From NCBI GenBank assembly GCA_000934665.2, contig JYFJ02000115.1:124001-178794 (forward strand): a DNA stretch of 54,794 nucleotides, written 5' to 3'. Shown one piece after another: positions 26,194 to 37,422 of the stretch; the first letter of the stretch is position 1; each line of letters begins with the position of its first letter. The notes under the pieces were generated by a model that saw only the letters and a list, made by a program, of their open reading frames with translations, was not told the origin of the DNA and made no database searches. This DNA is from Catajapyx aquilonaris (taxonomy: Eukaryota). The translations under genes and the position numbers were made by a program.

Positions 26194-26282
26194 GGTGGTG
26201 TCTAGTAGTCTCAACGTGTGTATTGTCGCCGGGTACTGATGCGGAGAACAGAAAAAGATGTGTCCGCACGTGCGTGATGCAA

Positions 26283-26297
26283 CTTCTGGAAAGATCC
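26283..26297. promoter_or_regulatory. heat-shock-element-like array upstream of Hsc70-5
   Basis: cTTCt gGAAa gATCc = alternating nGAAn units with one mismatch, ~90 nt upstream of the ATG. Confidence 0.45.
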
Positions 26298-26336
26298 GAA
26301 GGGTGGGCAGGGGTGGAAAAAGTGGGGGAGAGCCGG

Positions 26337-26473
26337 GCAGGGTTGCCAGATATAAATGGAACGAACAAAGCAGGGTTGCCAGATGGAACGGAACACGGAA
26401 GCAGGGTTGCCAGTGGAATGGAACGAAAAAGCAGGGTTGCCAGTGGAATGGAACGAAAAAGCAGGGTTGCCAG
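26337..26473. repeat. ~30-bp tandem array with five GCAGGGTTGCCAG cores in the Hsc70-5/NDUFC2 shared promoter
   Basis: Cores start at 26337, 26370, 26401, 26431 and 26461; units 26401-26430 and 26431-26460 are identical. Confidence 0.9.
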
Positions 26474-26607
26474 ACCAAGCGCTGTTTGGATTTGGAACAC
26501 GGAACCTGCACACGGAGGAACTTTACCGGACGGGTACCGCAACCAGCCGCAGGTACAGTGCATTGTTGTTAGTAATGGTCGTACAATTAATGGTTCGTTC
26601 AGCAGCG

Positions 26608-26976
26608 ATGGCGTCTGATGGCCGGATGGTGATTGATCCGAATGTGTTCCGGTCCACCCATGAGGAGCTGGAGTACACCCGGACCGTGCTGGGGACTGCG
26701 TGGTGGCCTGGTGTTGGCGGGCTCATTGGGTTTGTCCTGGGCTGCGGAATCAACTTCATGAACAAGAGGCCGGTCTTCAGCGGGGTGCAGAGGCACGTGC
26801 TGACCACCGCACTCGGGACTGGGGTCGGACTGTACGTGTTGGATAGCAAGGAGAAGACTGCGGCGCAGAGGGATGCCATATACCATCACTACATGAGTCT
26901 GCATCCAGACGACTTCCCGTGCCCAGAGCGGAGGCAGTACAAGGACCTGCTCGACCCGTGGGTGCCTATTCGTTGA
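26608..26976 (+). CDS. NDUFC2: NADH dehydrogenase (complex I) subunit C2 / B14.5b, 122 aa, uninterrupted CDS
   Basis: MASDG... with two hydrophobic segments, NFMNKRPVFSGVQRH, AQRDAIYHHYMSLHPDDFP and C-terminal LLDPWVPIR typical of NDUFC2. Probable 50-nt 5'UTR intron 26553-26602 (GTACAG..TTCAG); ATTAAA at 27035-27040. Confidence 0.92.
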   Translation: MASDGRMVIDPNVFRSTHEELEYTRTVLGTAWWPGVGGLIGFVLGCGINFMNKRPVFSGVQRHVLTTALGTGVGLYVLDSKEKTAAQRDAIYHHYMSLHPDDFPCPERRQYKDLLDPWVPIR

Positions 26977-27160
26977 GCACAGGGCAGGGAGAGTAGTGTA
27001 AACTATGTAACAAAGTGTAGCAAATTACATGTTCATTAAAGCCAAATTGCCAGGGCCAAGTTCTTTTGATACAAAAAGTGTACCAAATAATGTAATAGCA
27101 CGTTATGTAGATTGTATGAAGTGAGCAGGAAAGACAATGGGTGGCATTTTCGTCCCAGCT

Positions 27161-27229
27161 GATAGTTACTGCTAACTTGGCCGTACCAGTGTTTGCACTG
27201 GTACTGCGGCACAGTTAGCAGTAACTATC
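27161..27229. repeat. near-perfect ~70-nt palindrome/hairpin
   Basis: gatagttactgctaact (27161-27177) pairs with agttagcagtaactatc (27213-27229); inner stem taccagtg/cactggta closes a 4-nt loop; weaker outer complementarity extends to ~27138-27275. Confidence 0.85.
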
Positions 27230-29971
27230 GTAGGGACAAGATAACCTAAGGGTTTTGGGACGAAGATTTGACCCAATGTGTGAAATAAAATGAAGATAAT
27301 GATTACATTTGTATTTTATAATCTCTCCAGAAAGCCATGCGCTGTTTCTGTTATCCTCCATTACCCTGCAATAATAGCATGTCCATCTTATGATTTGCCT
27401 AATTTCTAATAGTTTCTAATGCACTCCCAACATTCTGCAAGTACATTTTCTTTATAAATGAATTGATACTGACCAGCAGTAGTTTCATGCACATTGTCAC
27501 TGCCCGTACCGTCACTGGTCACCACCACCCAGGGCCGGCCCTAGGTGGGTGCGGGGCCTATGGCAAGAACTAAATGCGGGGCCTATTTTCAGTGAGTGAA
27601 TTTCTGTACAACACGAATTGCGTATCCAACGATTTTGTTGGCTGACTTTTTATAATCACATACAACTGAGGGGCGTACGCAGATAAATTTCGGGTGTGGG
27701 CCCACAAGCCGTCGAGGGCGGGGAACAAGCCCACCGCAGGCGACGTTTTTTTTTTTTTTGGGGGGGGGGNGGGGTGGGGGGGGGTTCAAGGTCACACAAG
27801 CTTAGTAAAATGTAGATTAATGTATACATTAAGAGACTTTAGAGTTTAAACGTGAATAATTTTACAAGTTTGGTACTCTCAAGTATGCCGAACAAGGGCT
27901 TTAGGATCTGATATTACATCATCATACGTCACTGATCTGATTATTTTCTGTAGTATCGCTGCCTGAGATGTGAAGGTCAATAGTGCAAACTATAATCAAA
28001 ACAACCAACATAATGGCAGCCTGTAGTGCAAGTAGAATGAGTAGGTAGAACATGCAATGAGGAAAGTGCATCTGTAAGGCTCAGGCAGCAGTTTGCATAA
28101 AAGAATTCTCAACTTTCACTGGTACATATTTCTAATCATGTGTTGTTGTAATCAAGTCCGTTAACCCCGTTAACCTTGGAGTGTCACCAAGGGTCATCTC
28201 TCCTAAAATGAATGCATGAATTGATCGATCTTGAAAGAATAAGGCAACACCCTAGAAAAATAACGCCTGGTACAAAGTACACTACAATAATGAGTCTGCG
28301 AGTCATACTTCACATTTATTGCAGCTTTTTGTTGTATGGCGCACAAATAAACCATGGAACACGCAGTGAAAAAGCGACTCAGCTTTTTTTTTGGTAGTGT
28401 TTCAGTCAGCTCCAGTAATTTTACCGCATTTTTTTTCTGCTTCAGAATAAAATTTTTTTGGCACCCCATTCCTGCAAGACAAAAAAAATTAGCATCCCAT
28501 GTCCTGTGTGAGTTATGACAAAAAAATTGTCTACCTCCTCTTACAAGTCGTGTTAACTAACCCATTATTAACAATGCAAAAAGTAGTTGACTTCACGAAT
28601 CTGCTATACAAGTATAGGCACCAATGCTCACAATATTATTTTTCCGTCATTGTCGGTTTCTCATATTTTTTTTTTTTCTCTTTCAAAAACTCTGATGATG
28701 AGGACGGGGAGGGCGGTTCAACTAAAACCACTGAGATGCAAAGTCGGAAGGAAACTGATACAGATGTAGGACGAGGGGCGGGAGGGACGGAGGAAGAGGT
28801 CAAGAAAGGGGCAACAATCACAGCTATGGCAAACACAATAATGGGGGCAACAATACAACATACATCAAACACGCAACACATTTGTGAGGTTCCAGGGATT
28901 GACGGGGAGCTGCACAATTAAAAATAACATGCTAATTAATGGAATGGTCATTATTACTTTTTTATTTTATTTTTTTTAAACCTAAGGTCCTAACGCAGAA
29001 AAATCTACTTCGCCTGCTCCAATATCAAACCCTAATTACGATTTGCTGGCACTTTGTAATCACAGTTTTCCATCAGACTCATTACACTCTAAAAATAAAT
29101 ACACTTAGGACTCAAGAAAAATAGTTTTTAAAAAAAAAAGGATGAAAATTCTCCTTTGCATCTCAGCCGTGGGGAAAAAAATAGAGCCAAGAACTAAAAA
29201 CAATGGCCTTTTCCTGTTGCATTTTCTGTTATCGGACATATCCGTCTCGGAACAAAAACAGCCATTTATTGTAATATTTGTACATAAAAAATTGATGACC
29301 AGGCAGGGTTGGAAATAGTGTCAGGAAATGTCATTCACACCTTATTACAGGGGAAGGGGTTTGGTAAAGGGCGGGGAGCTGGGGTTAAGGGGTTGACCTT
29401 GACCTCCTGTAAAAGCACTCTGTTGCTGCCATTTTCCAACAAAAAAAACATAAACAATTCACTGTGGACACCAGTTCCAACTATTCAGCCTGAGACGAAG
29501 ACGAGTCTGCCCCTCAGTTAACCAAAAACAAATTAAATCCGTGAGGCACGTCACTTTAAAAAAAAAAATAAACCGACCGGAACGTAATACTTCACTTCCA
29601 TAACTGGCCAAAAAAATCCACCGTTTTATTTAAGTCAATTATGAGGACAGGGGGAAGGGAGATGGAGGATGGGCACCATTTTGCGCCAGTGAAATAGGCA
29701 CTCGTACCAATGACTTATTTTAACTTGGCAGATCGAAGCCAATGAAACCATGATTGACACCAAAGCGCTATTGTCACTGGCGCAACGAGCCACAATTGCA
29801 ACAAGCCAAGTCTCCCGAGAGGCTAATTGAATTTGGATAAACCCTGGGCATATGTCAAAAGACAGTCAAATTGCGCTCATTTAAAAGAATGGCAGCTGGC
29901 TCGTGTTCCAACTTGCACCTCAGAAGACTCGGCCGACTCACTGACTGAATCCAGCGTCTTTCTCATTTCTT

Positions 29972-32900
29972 TCAGAACTTGTCCTGGAAGATGAATAGGT
30001 TGTTGGTGGCCGCCACGGCAATGATGTTCTCTGTAGGGTGCCAGGCGGTGTGCAAGATCTTCTTGTTGAAGTCCAGGCACTCCACGCTGATCTCGTCCTT
30101 CTTCCGCTTCCCACCAGTGCACACCTTCCTGGGTTTCAAGATGGTCTTGGGCTTTGCAATGTCCCTCGAGGCCTCCAATGTAAAATCCCGTTTGCTCCCA
30201 CGGTCAAACATGCGGAAGAAATTGTTGTACGAGCCGGTCATAATTGCTGAGTCATTCCCATTCCAGCAGCACTCAAACTTGTCGAATATGCAGTCATTCT
30301 CATACAGGGAGCACAGCTTCGATCTGAGGTACTCGTGGACCTGCACATGTACAAAAAACATTGTGTTACATAGTGAACTGCAGAGTCCTCAGCAGCGCAG
30401 ACTGAAACAGAAGCATTATCACATCCTCCACGACTGAAACTTTCACTCCATAAACATCGCCAATATATTCCACGGAAAGGCAGTGCTTACGGGATATGAC
30501 TCGATGGGCTTGGTCTCCATATGTAGGTCCCACACCTTCACAGTGAGGTAGTCCCTTGAGATCATATACCTCCCCGAGTTAGAGAACTTGACATCCGATA
30601 TGCTCGAGATGATCTCAGAGAAGAAGCTCCTGTTGGTTGGGTCCTCGGGCTCCTCAAACACTGAGTTCACACATGAAGGGGGAAGAAAAAGCAAAAGGAG
30701 CGGTTGTTGAGTTAAGCATCAAAAATAACGACTGTGCACAGGGTGATTCAAACGTACAACTGAGCATCAACGAAATTTTAAACAGAACGGATAAAGCAGC
30801 ATTTTAAATCACCCTGTTTGAGAGAAGTCGACAGATAAAAAAAGCAACTTACTTTTGGCATGCTTGTCGCAGAGAGCGGCTGCACGCATGTCACAGAGGC
30901 GTATTGTCCCTTTACTACTACTATATACAAACAAATTACATTCTATGGGATGGAATTCTGCTGCTGTTATCACCTCCGTCAGCTCCTCCATGTTGGCAGG
31001 CTTGATATCTACAACGTCTGAGAGGAGCACGGTTAAGGAAACAAGTGGCTAAAAGTGTCAGCGACGTCTAATTTGTTAATTCCCACCCCGAGATGCGGTT
31101 TTTCTTTCAAGGTCACCCAGGCTGTAACCGTTTACAGCATGATGAAATGTGAAAACAAGCATCACTGTACTTCATCTTGGCAGAATGTTGCTCTTTTCCA
31201 CTTCCGCGCAAGCCTTCGACAGTTTAAAGAAAAATTCAACGCACATCCTTCCTTTGTGAGATATTGCTTTGTGTTAACAAATTGCCATACAAATCTGACA
31301 ATTCAACTACTAGGTGAATGAGTAATTACTGATGGTAAAGAACAATGAAAGGATACTGAAGCTTTGATCGGTGATCTCTAAATGCCAGAGGTTGATACGC
31401 AGGTCATCTGCAGACAGATAAGTCTCCTGGTCCGAGTTGACTCCAATGGAGTTGATGTGGTAGGTGTGAGCGTTGGCAAAGATGCGTCTTGGAGAGGCCT
31501 CCACCATCAGCTCCATGGGTTTGACCGTGGGCACCCTCAGGGCAGTGATGGCTGACTGGGGCTCCCTCGGTGCACTCCCACCCTCCTCCTTCAGGTTGTA
31601 GCCTTCCACCCGTTTGTCCCTCTCCGACACCTTCCACAGCTTGATAGTTTTGTCGTTGGTGGACAGGAGGAAGTGGGCCTGGTTGCGTCGCTTTAGCCAT
31701 CGTATCTTGTTGATCTTCTCTTCTATCTCCAGGCTCTTCAGGTAATCAAACTCAGGCTCATGACTTTGGAACGTGCTGTACACATTGTACTCCCCTCTCC
31801 TCGGTATGCAGTTCTTGGACTGTGGTTACATTGAAAGGGACACAAATCAGTGGACAAGATATGCAGAGGGACTTCTCGCATTTTCAACACCTGGTAAATC
31901 ACTTCAGGAAAACCAGCTGACCAGAATTTCACACGTGTCGTCTTTCAAGGCAATTTACTCTTGCATCAAGTAGCCATCTGCTAAAAGTTGTCAATGGCCT
32001 TGACTTCACTTACGCATTTTTATCCAATGACTATGACACATGCAAATTAGACAGGGGTTTGTCAGCTGGGAGAATACGAAATTAATGCTTTCCTTACGCC
32101 ACTCCCTGCGACCTTTTCCGAGGTAACACCTGAGATCCTATAAGTACTTTGAAAAATTCAAGTTGCACTCCAACACTTCATTAATCATTGAGTGAACTGT
32201 GAAGCTGTTCTACTCTAGATCCACTTCCATCAAGCTGCACATGCTCAACAACAAATTCTCAATTCCACAACAAAAAAAGAAGGAACAGCCATAAAACTGA
32301 ACATTCCGACATTGCGCAATAAGTCATTTTGAACGAAACTATTCAATACGGAGTAAATATCACCGTAAAACATACGAAACCATATTGCCCATTTTACAGT
32401 GACTCATTACCCCTAAAAATTTAAGACATATCTGTCAGTAACATTTGACCTGATGAGCTAAAATCCAGCCATCCAATTACATGGAGACCATAACCTAAAT
32501 GTCATTGCATTATTATTGACAAGGAGTGACACACCAGATAAAATCCCCTGCCTTGATATCAGCTGGCCGTTTTGCGGATATCTAATCTAAGAATTAATCG
32601 GTTTAACTTTACATTTGAATGCCTTTGTCCGAGAGCCTGATGATTACTCGTTAATCATTATGTCCAGGCCCAATGCCGTAAATCCAACACTGCAAAACCA
32701 GTAAAGTGCTCACAAACAAACCAGTTGGCTTACATTACGACGAATGAAAAGGTAATGTTAACTCACAGTAGGGTCTCTCTGGAAAATGACAACTCTCCCT
32801 CCTTTGTCCCCAGTGGCTAAAAGGTCCCCTGAATGATTGAACTCCACACATGATATTATATCGGCTGCAAATTAAAAACATGGCATTAGAAATGCTTGCT

Positions 32901-34412
32901 GGTAAATCTCAGAAACAAAATGGTCGCCTTCAACTCACCCTCTGTCACATCATCCTCCAACGTTCCCTTGACTTGAGAGAAACACCATTGGATCTCTCCA
33001 TTACCTGGGGAATAAAAAAGAGGATTACATGATATTCTTCAACAATGTAGGCTTTGTTCTATTCACCCTCCATCGGTGCATGCTTTGCCCCATGACCTTC
33101 ACTAAAAATTGCAGTCAAGTTCAAGGCTGAACGCATTGCCTGCTCATTGCGGTTAGCAGATCAAACATCCCGATAATAATCAGTCGTAATGACTTCATAT
33201 GCATGTGCCACAAAATCTGTCGACTGTTTTAAAAGTATAACTCAGGATTTGTTTGACACAAATTCCGCCGAATGAAACTTTTACTGCAAAACCATGAACC
33301 TACATCGGTTGTGTCTCAATAATGGAATTTAAAAACTGAATTTTGCAAGCTTTCTTACAAAGTGTCCTGGTCACAACTCACTTTACGTCCAGTAGGGTTA
33401 CACCACCTCGAATGAAATACATGCAAATTCTGGCTACAAAATCATGTGTATGAAACCTGATGGCCTATGTAGCGCCAAATCGAGTTCTCGAGTTGAAACA
33501 TTAACTGCACGCCATCTGAAAGCACTATATGACCTTGACAGAATTGGCACACAAAATTAAATAATAATCACATACTGCTCATACTGCACATCTCCTAAAT
33601 GTCCCGAACTACGTAACCTCAACGCTGCACCATCGCAACTGTCGAACATGACATACTGGTACAAATCAAGTGCCCTTTTTTTGAAAGAACAATGCACATT
33701 GTCACACTTCCCTTCTAGGAAAAAGTGAACCACAAAGTCACACCTAAGTAATACAAAACAGCACGTTTGACGGCACGTGACTTGCTGGCTCTTTTGTGCC
33801 TGTTTGTGAATCTGGGCATACAACTTTTAGGTTGATAAACCACCCATGACTTTCATTACACAACCACACGGAAAATACCGCCCTGATCGGCATGATGTTC
33901 TCAAGCCTTTCCCGTATGAACACCCAATCAACGTGACCTGGTCCTGCGCAACAATACGCCACCGCAATTCCCATTCAAGTAAAAAATTCTGTGAAAACCA
34001 ACGACCGAGGGGCGGTCTCCACGCGCACGTACTTATGATCCAATCGAGGCACGAGCGACTGTACAGTGCGATCGTACTGGTGTACTATTAATGTCGCACT
34101 GGCATCCGCGACTTGTTGTTTAGCATGGGAATTGCTTTACTGCTCAACTGCATATGCAAGAACACTGCGACTTACTCTCGGTACACAGTTGTGCGCACAA
34201 TTACTGCAAATCTTGACTATAAGAACAACGGTGTGAGGCGGTTTGCACTGTGCCAACCCAAGGGTGAGTCGCAATGCCAACAATTATTATTCGGTCAGTT
34301 TTTTGGGGCCAGTGTGACTAGGCCTTGTGCTGTGTGTACATGTCCTGTGTTCCAATGTGTCCCCCCGCCCGCCCCTGGTGCTGGTGGCTGGCTGGCTGCA
34401 CTCACCGGCCAT
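29972..34412 (-). CDS. tws: PP2A regulatory subunit B55 (twins/PPP2R2), short isoform, 7 coding exons, ~445 aa
   Basis: Exons 34406-34412 (ATGGCCG), 32939-33004, 32767-32864, 31357-31819, 30853-31017, 30491-30660, 29972-30340 splice in frame: [87 protein letters not shown]. Confidence 0.97.
31018..31356 (-). other. U12-type (minor spliceosome) GT-AG intron in tws
   Basis: 5' splice site GTATCCTTT at 31356 and branch site TTCCTTAAC at 31040-31032, ending 14 nt before the intron's 3' end. Confidence 0.92.
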
Positions 34413-34860
34413 ATCTCTCTGGTGGAGTCCGTTCCTTCCCAACGAGTGTGGCGGGGATTGGGACTAGGGCATGGGGAGGGCCGGATGGACTCAGATTCCG
34501 ATCATCCTCCCTTGTGGCGGCCACACAGCAAGGCGGGCAAGGCGGAGGGGGGAACAACCAAACCCGAGCGAGGACTGCGCTCCCCTCCGCTTGTTGTAAT
34601 TTTACGGGAACCGTTTTTTTTTTCTTTCTTTCTTTTCTTTCTTTCTCTCCTCTCCCTCTTTTTTTTTTTCCTTCCCACAGGCGCATGTAGTGCGACGGAT
34701 TGGAGACAGATGGCGGGTCGATCAGGGAGGAGGGGGGGGGGAAGGTAGCTGGTGANGGGGGGGGGGGGGGGGGGAAGGTAGCTGGTGACGTCACAACAAA
34801 ATCCAGGTTTGGTCGTGCGGGGCGGACATTTTGTATCCCGAACAGGAGCAAACGGGAGCA

Positions 34861-34869
34861 AAGATGGCG
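34861..34869 (+). promoter_or_regulatory. YY1/Pho-type motif near the likely start of the short tws isoform
   Basis: AAGATGGCG ~450 nt upstream of the MAG start exon, at the edge of a GC-rich leader. Confidence 0.4.
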
Positions 34870-35409
34870 ACCACAAATTGTATTTACGACCGTAATAAAC
34901 ATTAAAAAAAATCCGTACTCTAAATTAAAACCGTATGTGAATATTTAGAACAATTTTAAATTTTGTATCCGGCGAACCAATCAGAACAGCGACCTTCAGT
35001 TCATTTTGGAAGGTCATTGACGTGTGTTCGATTGTTCGGGCATTGGATCGGTGTGTTTTCCGGCTCCACTTTGTTGGCCATCCACCGCCCCGGGGCGAGC
35101 ACTAGACTGGCCCCGAGGCAGCCCCTGGGTACGCACACTGGCACATCGGCGTGGTAAGTCTAACAGAGTGCGTTCCAGAACATGTTTTTGGCACCTTCCG
35201 TGTTGCGAGCGAGTACTGGCTGTACTCTACTGTACTTGCTAGTAATCCCCCAGCTTCATCAACAGGAACATGAAAAACCAGTCCGATTGCCAATAGTTAA
35301 AATGTTAATATTGATGGGATTAACTGGTCGATTGGTGCATTTGACTTGCGCAATTTCACCATAATGCTATACGAAGCTCGAAAAGTGACCTCCGTGGGTC
35401 CGTACTTAC

Positions 35410-35497
35410 TGCTGGATCTTTTGTTGTTGACTGCGGTGTTGAGCATGACCCCCAGCCTCGTGAGGCTTGTCTGACGAATCATCGTCGATTTCACCAT
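35410..35497 (-). CDS. tws: alternative first coding exon of tws (long isoform N-terminus); full exon 35410-35655
   Basis: Acceptor TTTTCAG at 35656, ATG at 35497, peptide MVKSTMIRQTSLTRLGVMLNTAVNNKRSS, donor A|GTAAGT at 35409 in phase 1, compatible with the exon starting at 33004. Matches the recalled Drosophila long Tws N-terminus (..FMRQSSITKIGNMLNTAIN..ASNGE). Confidence 0.85.
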
Positions 35498-36759
35498 TAG
35501 GAATGACACACGGGTTGAATAAAATAGCGCACGAAAGAACAGGCCCTCCCAGCTGATGGGTGGCGTGTGCTTCTATCGGGTCAGACGGTGCGTTGCTGGC
35601 CAGTGACGCAGCAGAAGCTGCGTAACTCCGACGACGGCTGATGCTGGTGCCAGGCCTGAAAACCAGTTCCAGGTTTTAAGTAAATGATAATGAGCTGCTG
35701 CAGGATAAGAGGTAAGTTATAGCGTCGCCAAGGGCATTAGAATGGCACAGCCTAATTCTGTTATCTAAATGAGGTGTCTACACTGCACTACTTCAAACTA
35801 TACAGCTCATAATCGCTGCCAGAATTACGTCACGTATACTGGCAAAATGCGCAGGCCATCATCAAACTCCATTCTCATCAAAAGAAGTGCAGCATGACAG
35901 AATCAGTGTAACAAATCAGCGAGCAAGGTACAACAACGCCACGATTAGTTTATATACTCTATTTGCCATCATCAAGCTTTAAAATGGTAATCAGGACGTG
36001 GCCGCTATATGGAAGAACGTGTGTACAGAGCTTATTTCGCATGAATGAATTTTGGGAGGTTGGGAGGCGCTACATATCCTCTATATATCAAAAAGTCAGG
36101 GATGAATAATGGATATATCACCTTCAATTTTGCAAAGTGAGCGCGATGTATCGGGGGGACAAAGGAACGTTTCAGTACCCGTCGGCTACTGCTGAAACTT
36201 CCTTTGAATTTTGTGCGCTCGTGACGTCATACCACCCGAAGCCAATGACAGAACGACAAAGAACCACGTCAGTGACAGAAAATTACTTTTTACGAGGTTT
36301 TCAAAAAAAATATAGCAAATGTAAGCAGAAGATTGCCTGATGGACTTTCCAAAGTGGGTCAAGATTACAACGCTTTAACGGGTAATTAACATTTTCCGAA
36401 GTCGAATCTCTTTATAATCAGGCCTACAACATTATGCAAATTGAGCAGCCAACTCATCCATACTTTCACCTTAGTGATTATCCCCACCAAAAGCTACCAA
36501 TTCTGTCACGAAGCATGGATTACCTGCTCAGCTACTGGGTATCTAGGCCACCTTCATTACACGGCCTTATCGTGCAACAATATGCAGTCGTTACCTCTAA
36601 CCTTTCAGTTATTCGTCTTCCGATCCTATAACGTGGGATGCATATAACCTTTGCATTGCTTTCTCAGTATATTAAGGTTATATCGATCGAAATGATTGCT
36701 TTTAAAATGTTCGAAATATGGCAAGGAAAAAAAGAGCAGGATTGTCGGCAAATTATATG

Positions 36760-37422
36760 CAGGGCGATTCCATTTCAGATCAGGCAATTGGTATCAACTC
36801 ATAGTCATGGTTTTTTGTTGTTGTTTTTTGAAGAAAAAAATGTGATAAATAATAATTGATAAATAATTTGGTGTATTATATTCTTGTGATAAGTCATATG
36901 TTAATTTGTGAAAAGTGGACATTATCGTTTTTCATGGAAAAAAACATTTTTTCACGCTTCAAGAATCATTTTCTCAAAATATAAATTTTAAACATGGTTT
37001 TGCATTTCCTACGTATTTTACAGAAAAATACAATTTTACGATAAAACGATATCAAAACCCAGTGTATAGACTGCATATTTGAAGCGAAAGGTGTGAATTT
37101 GTGCAATCTGGTATTTTTCATCTTTTAAAGTGGCTTTTCAAGTCATAAAGAAGTACATCCATAGCCCTTTATCCCAAAAACAAGTGTCGGTTTCCGTAAC
37201 GGTTCCAGAAATACTGTACATGCATTTAAAGCAAGGGAAAAAGTGCATCTTCTGCTACTCTTGACATGAATATTAATATCTAGAAAACTTTTAATATTAT
37301 AAAACTAATCTATCCATACGAGTACAATATATGTATATGTTTCACGTAAGTTTGTTTTTTCTTTCAAAAATAAATGATTATGGCTTGACACCCATTGCCC
37401 GATGTGAAATGGAATCATCCTG
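36760..37422. mobile_element. old Tc1/mariner-like MITE, ~660 bp, ~50-bp diverged TIRs
   Basis: cagggcgattccatttcagatcaggcaattggtatcaactcatagtcat (from 36760) versus the reverse complement of the right end caggatgattccatttcacatcgggcaatgggtgtcaagccataatcat (ending 37422); AT-rich interior. Confidence 0.75.

Noticed and set aside
26337..26473. CRISPR-like repeat/spacer appearance
   Set aside because: Cores are 13 nt, the intervening sequences are similar or identical to each other, the context is eukaryotic and there are no cas genes.
26356..26607. 84-aa repetitive N-terminal extension of NDUFC2 in the ORF track
   Set aside because: It translates the promoter tandem array and a probable 5'UTR intron; homology starts at ATG 26608.
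27530..27780. CAGGGCCGGCCCTAGG start resembling a non-autonomous DNA-transposon end
   Set aside because: No matching opposite terminus or TSD found, and the region runs into an N-containing poly-G.
34732..34787. Duplicated G-run + GAAGGTAGCTGGTGA in the tws leader
   Set aside because: The copies are joined at an N next to a poly-G tract; similar N-in-poly-G sites occur near 6698, 27770 and 45951, so an assembly join artefact is likely.
34113..34902. Long ORFs on both strands around the tws first exon
   Set aside because: Low-complexity GC-rich UTR and intron sequence with no domain-like content.
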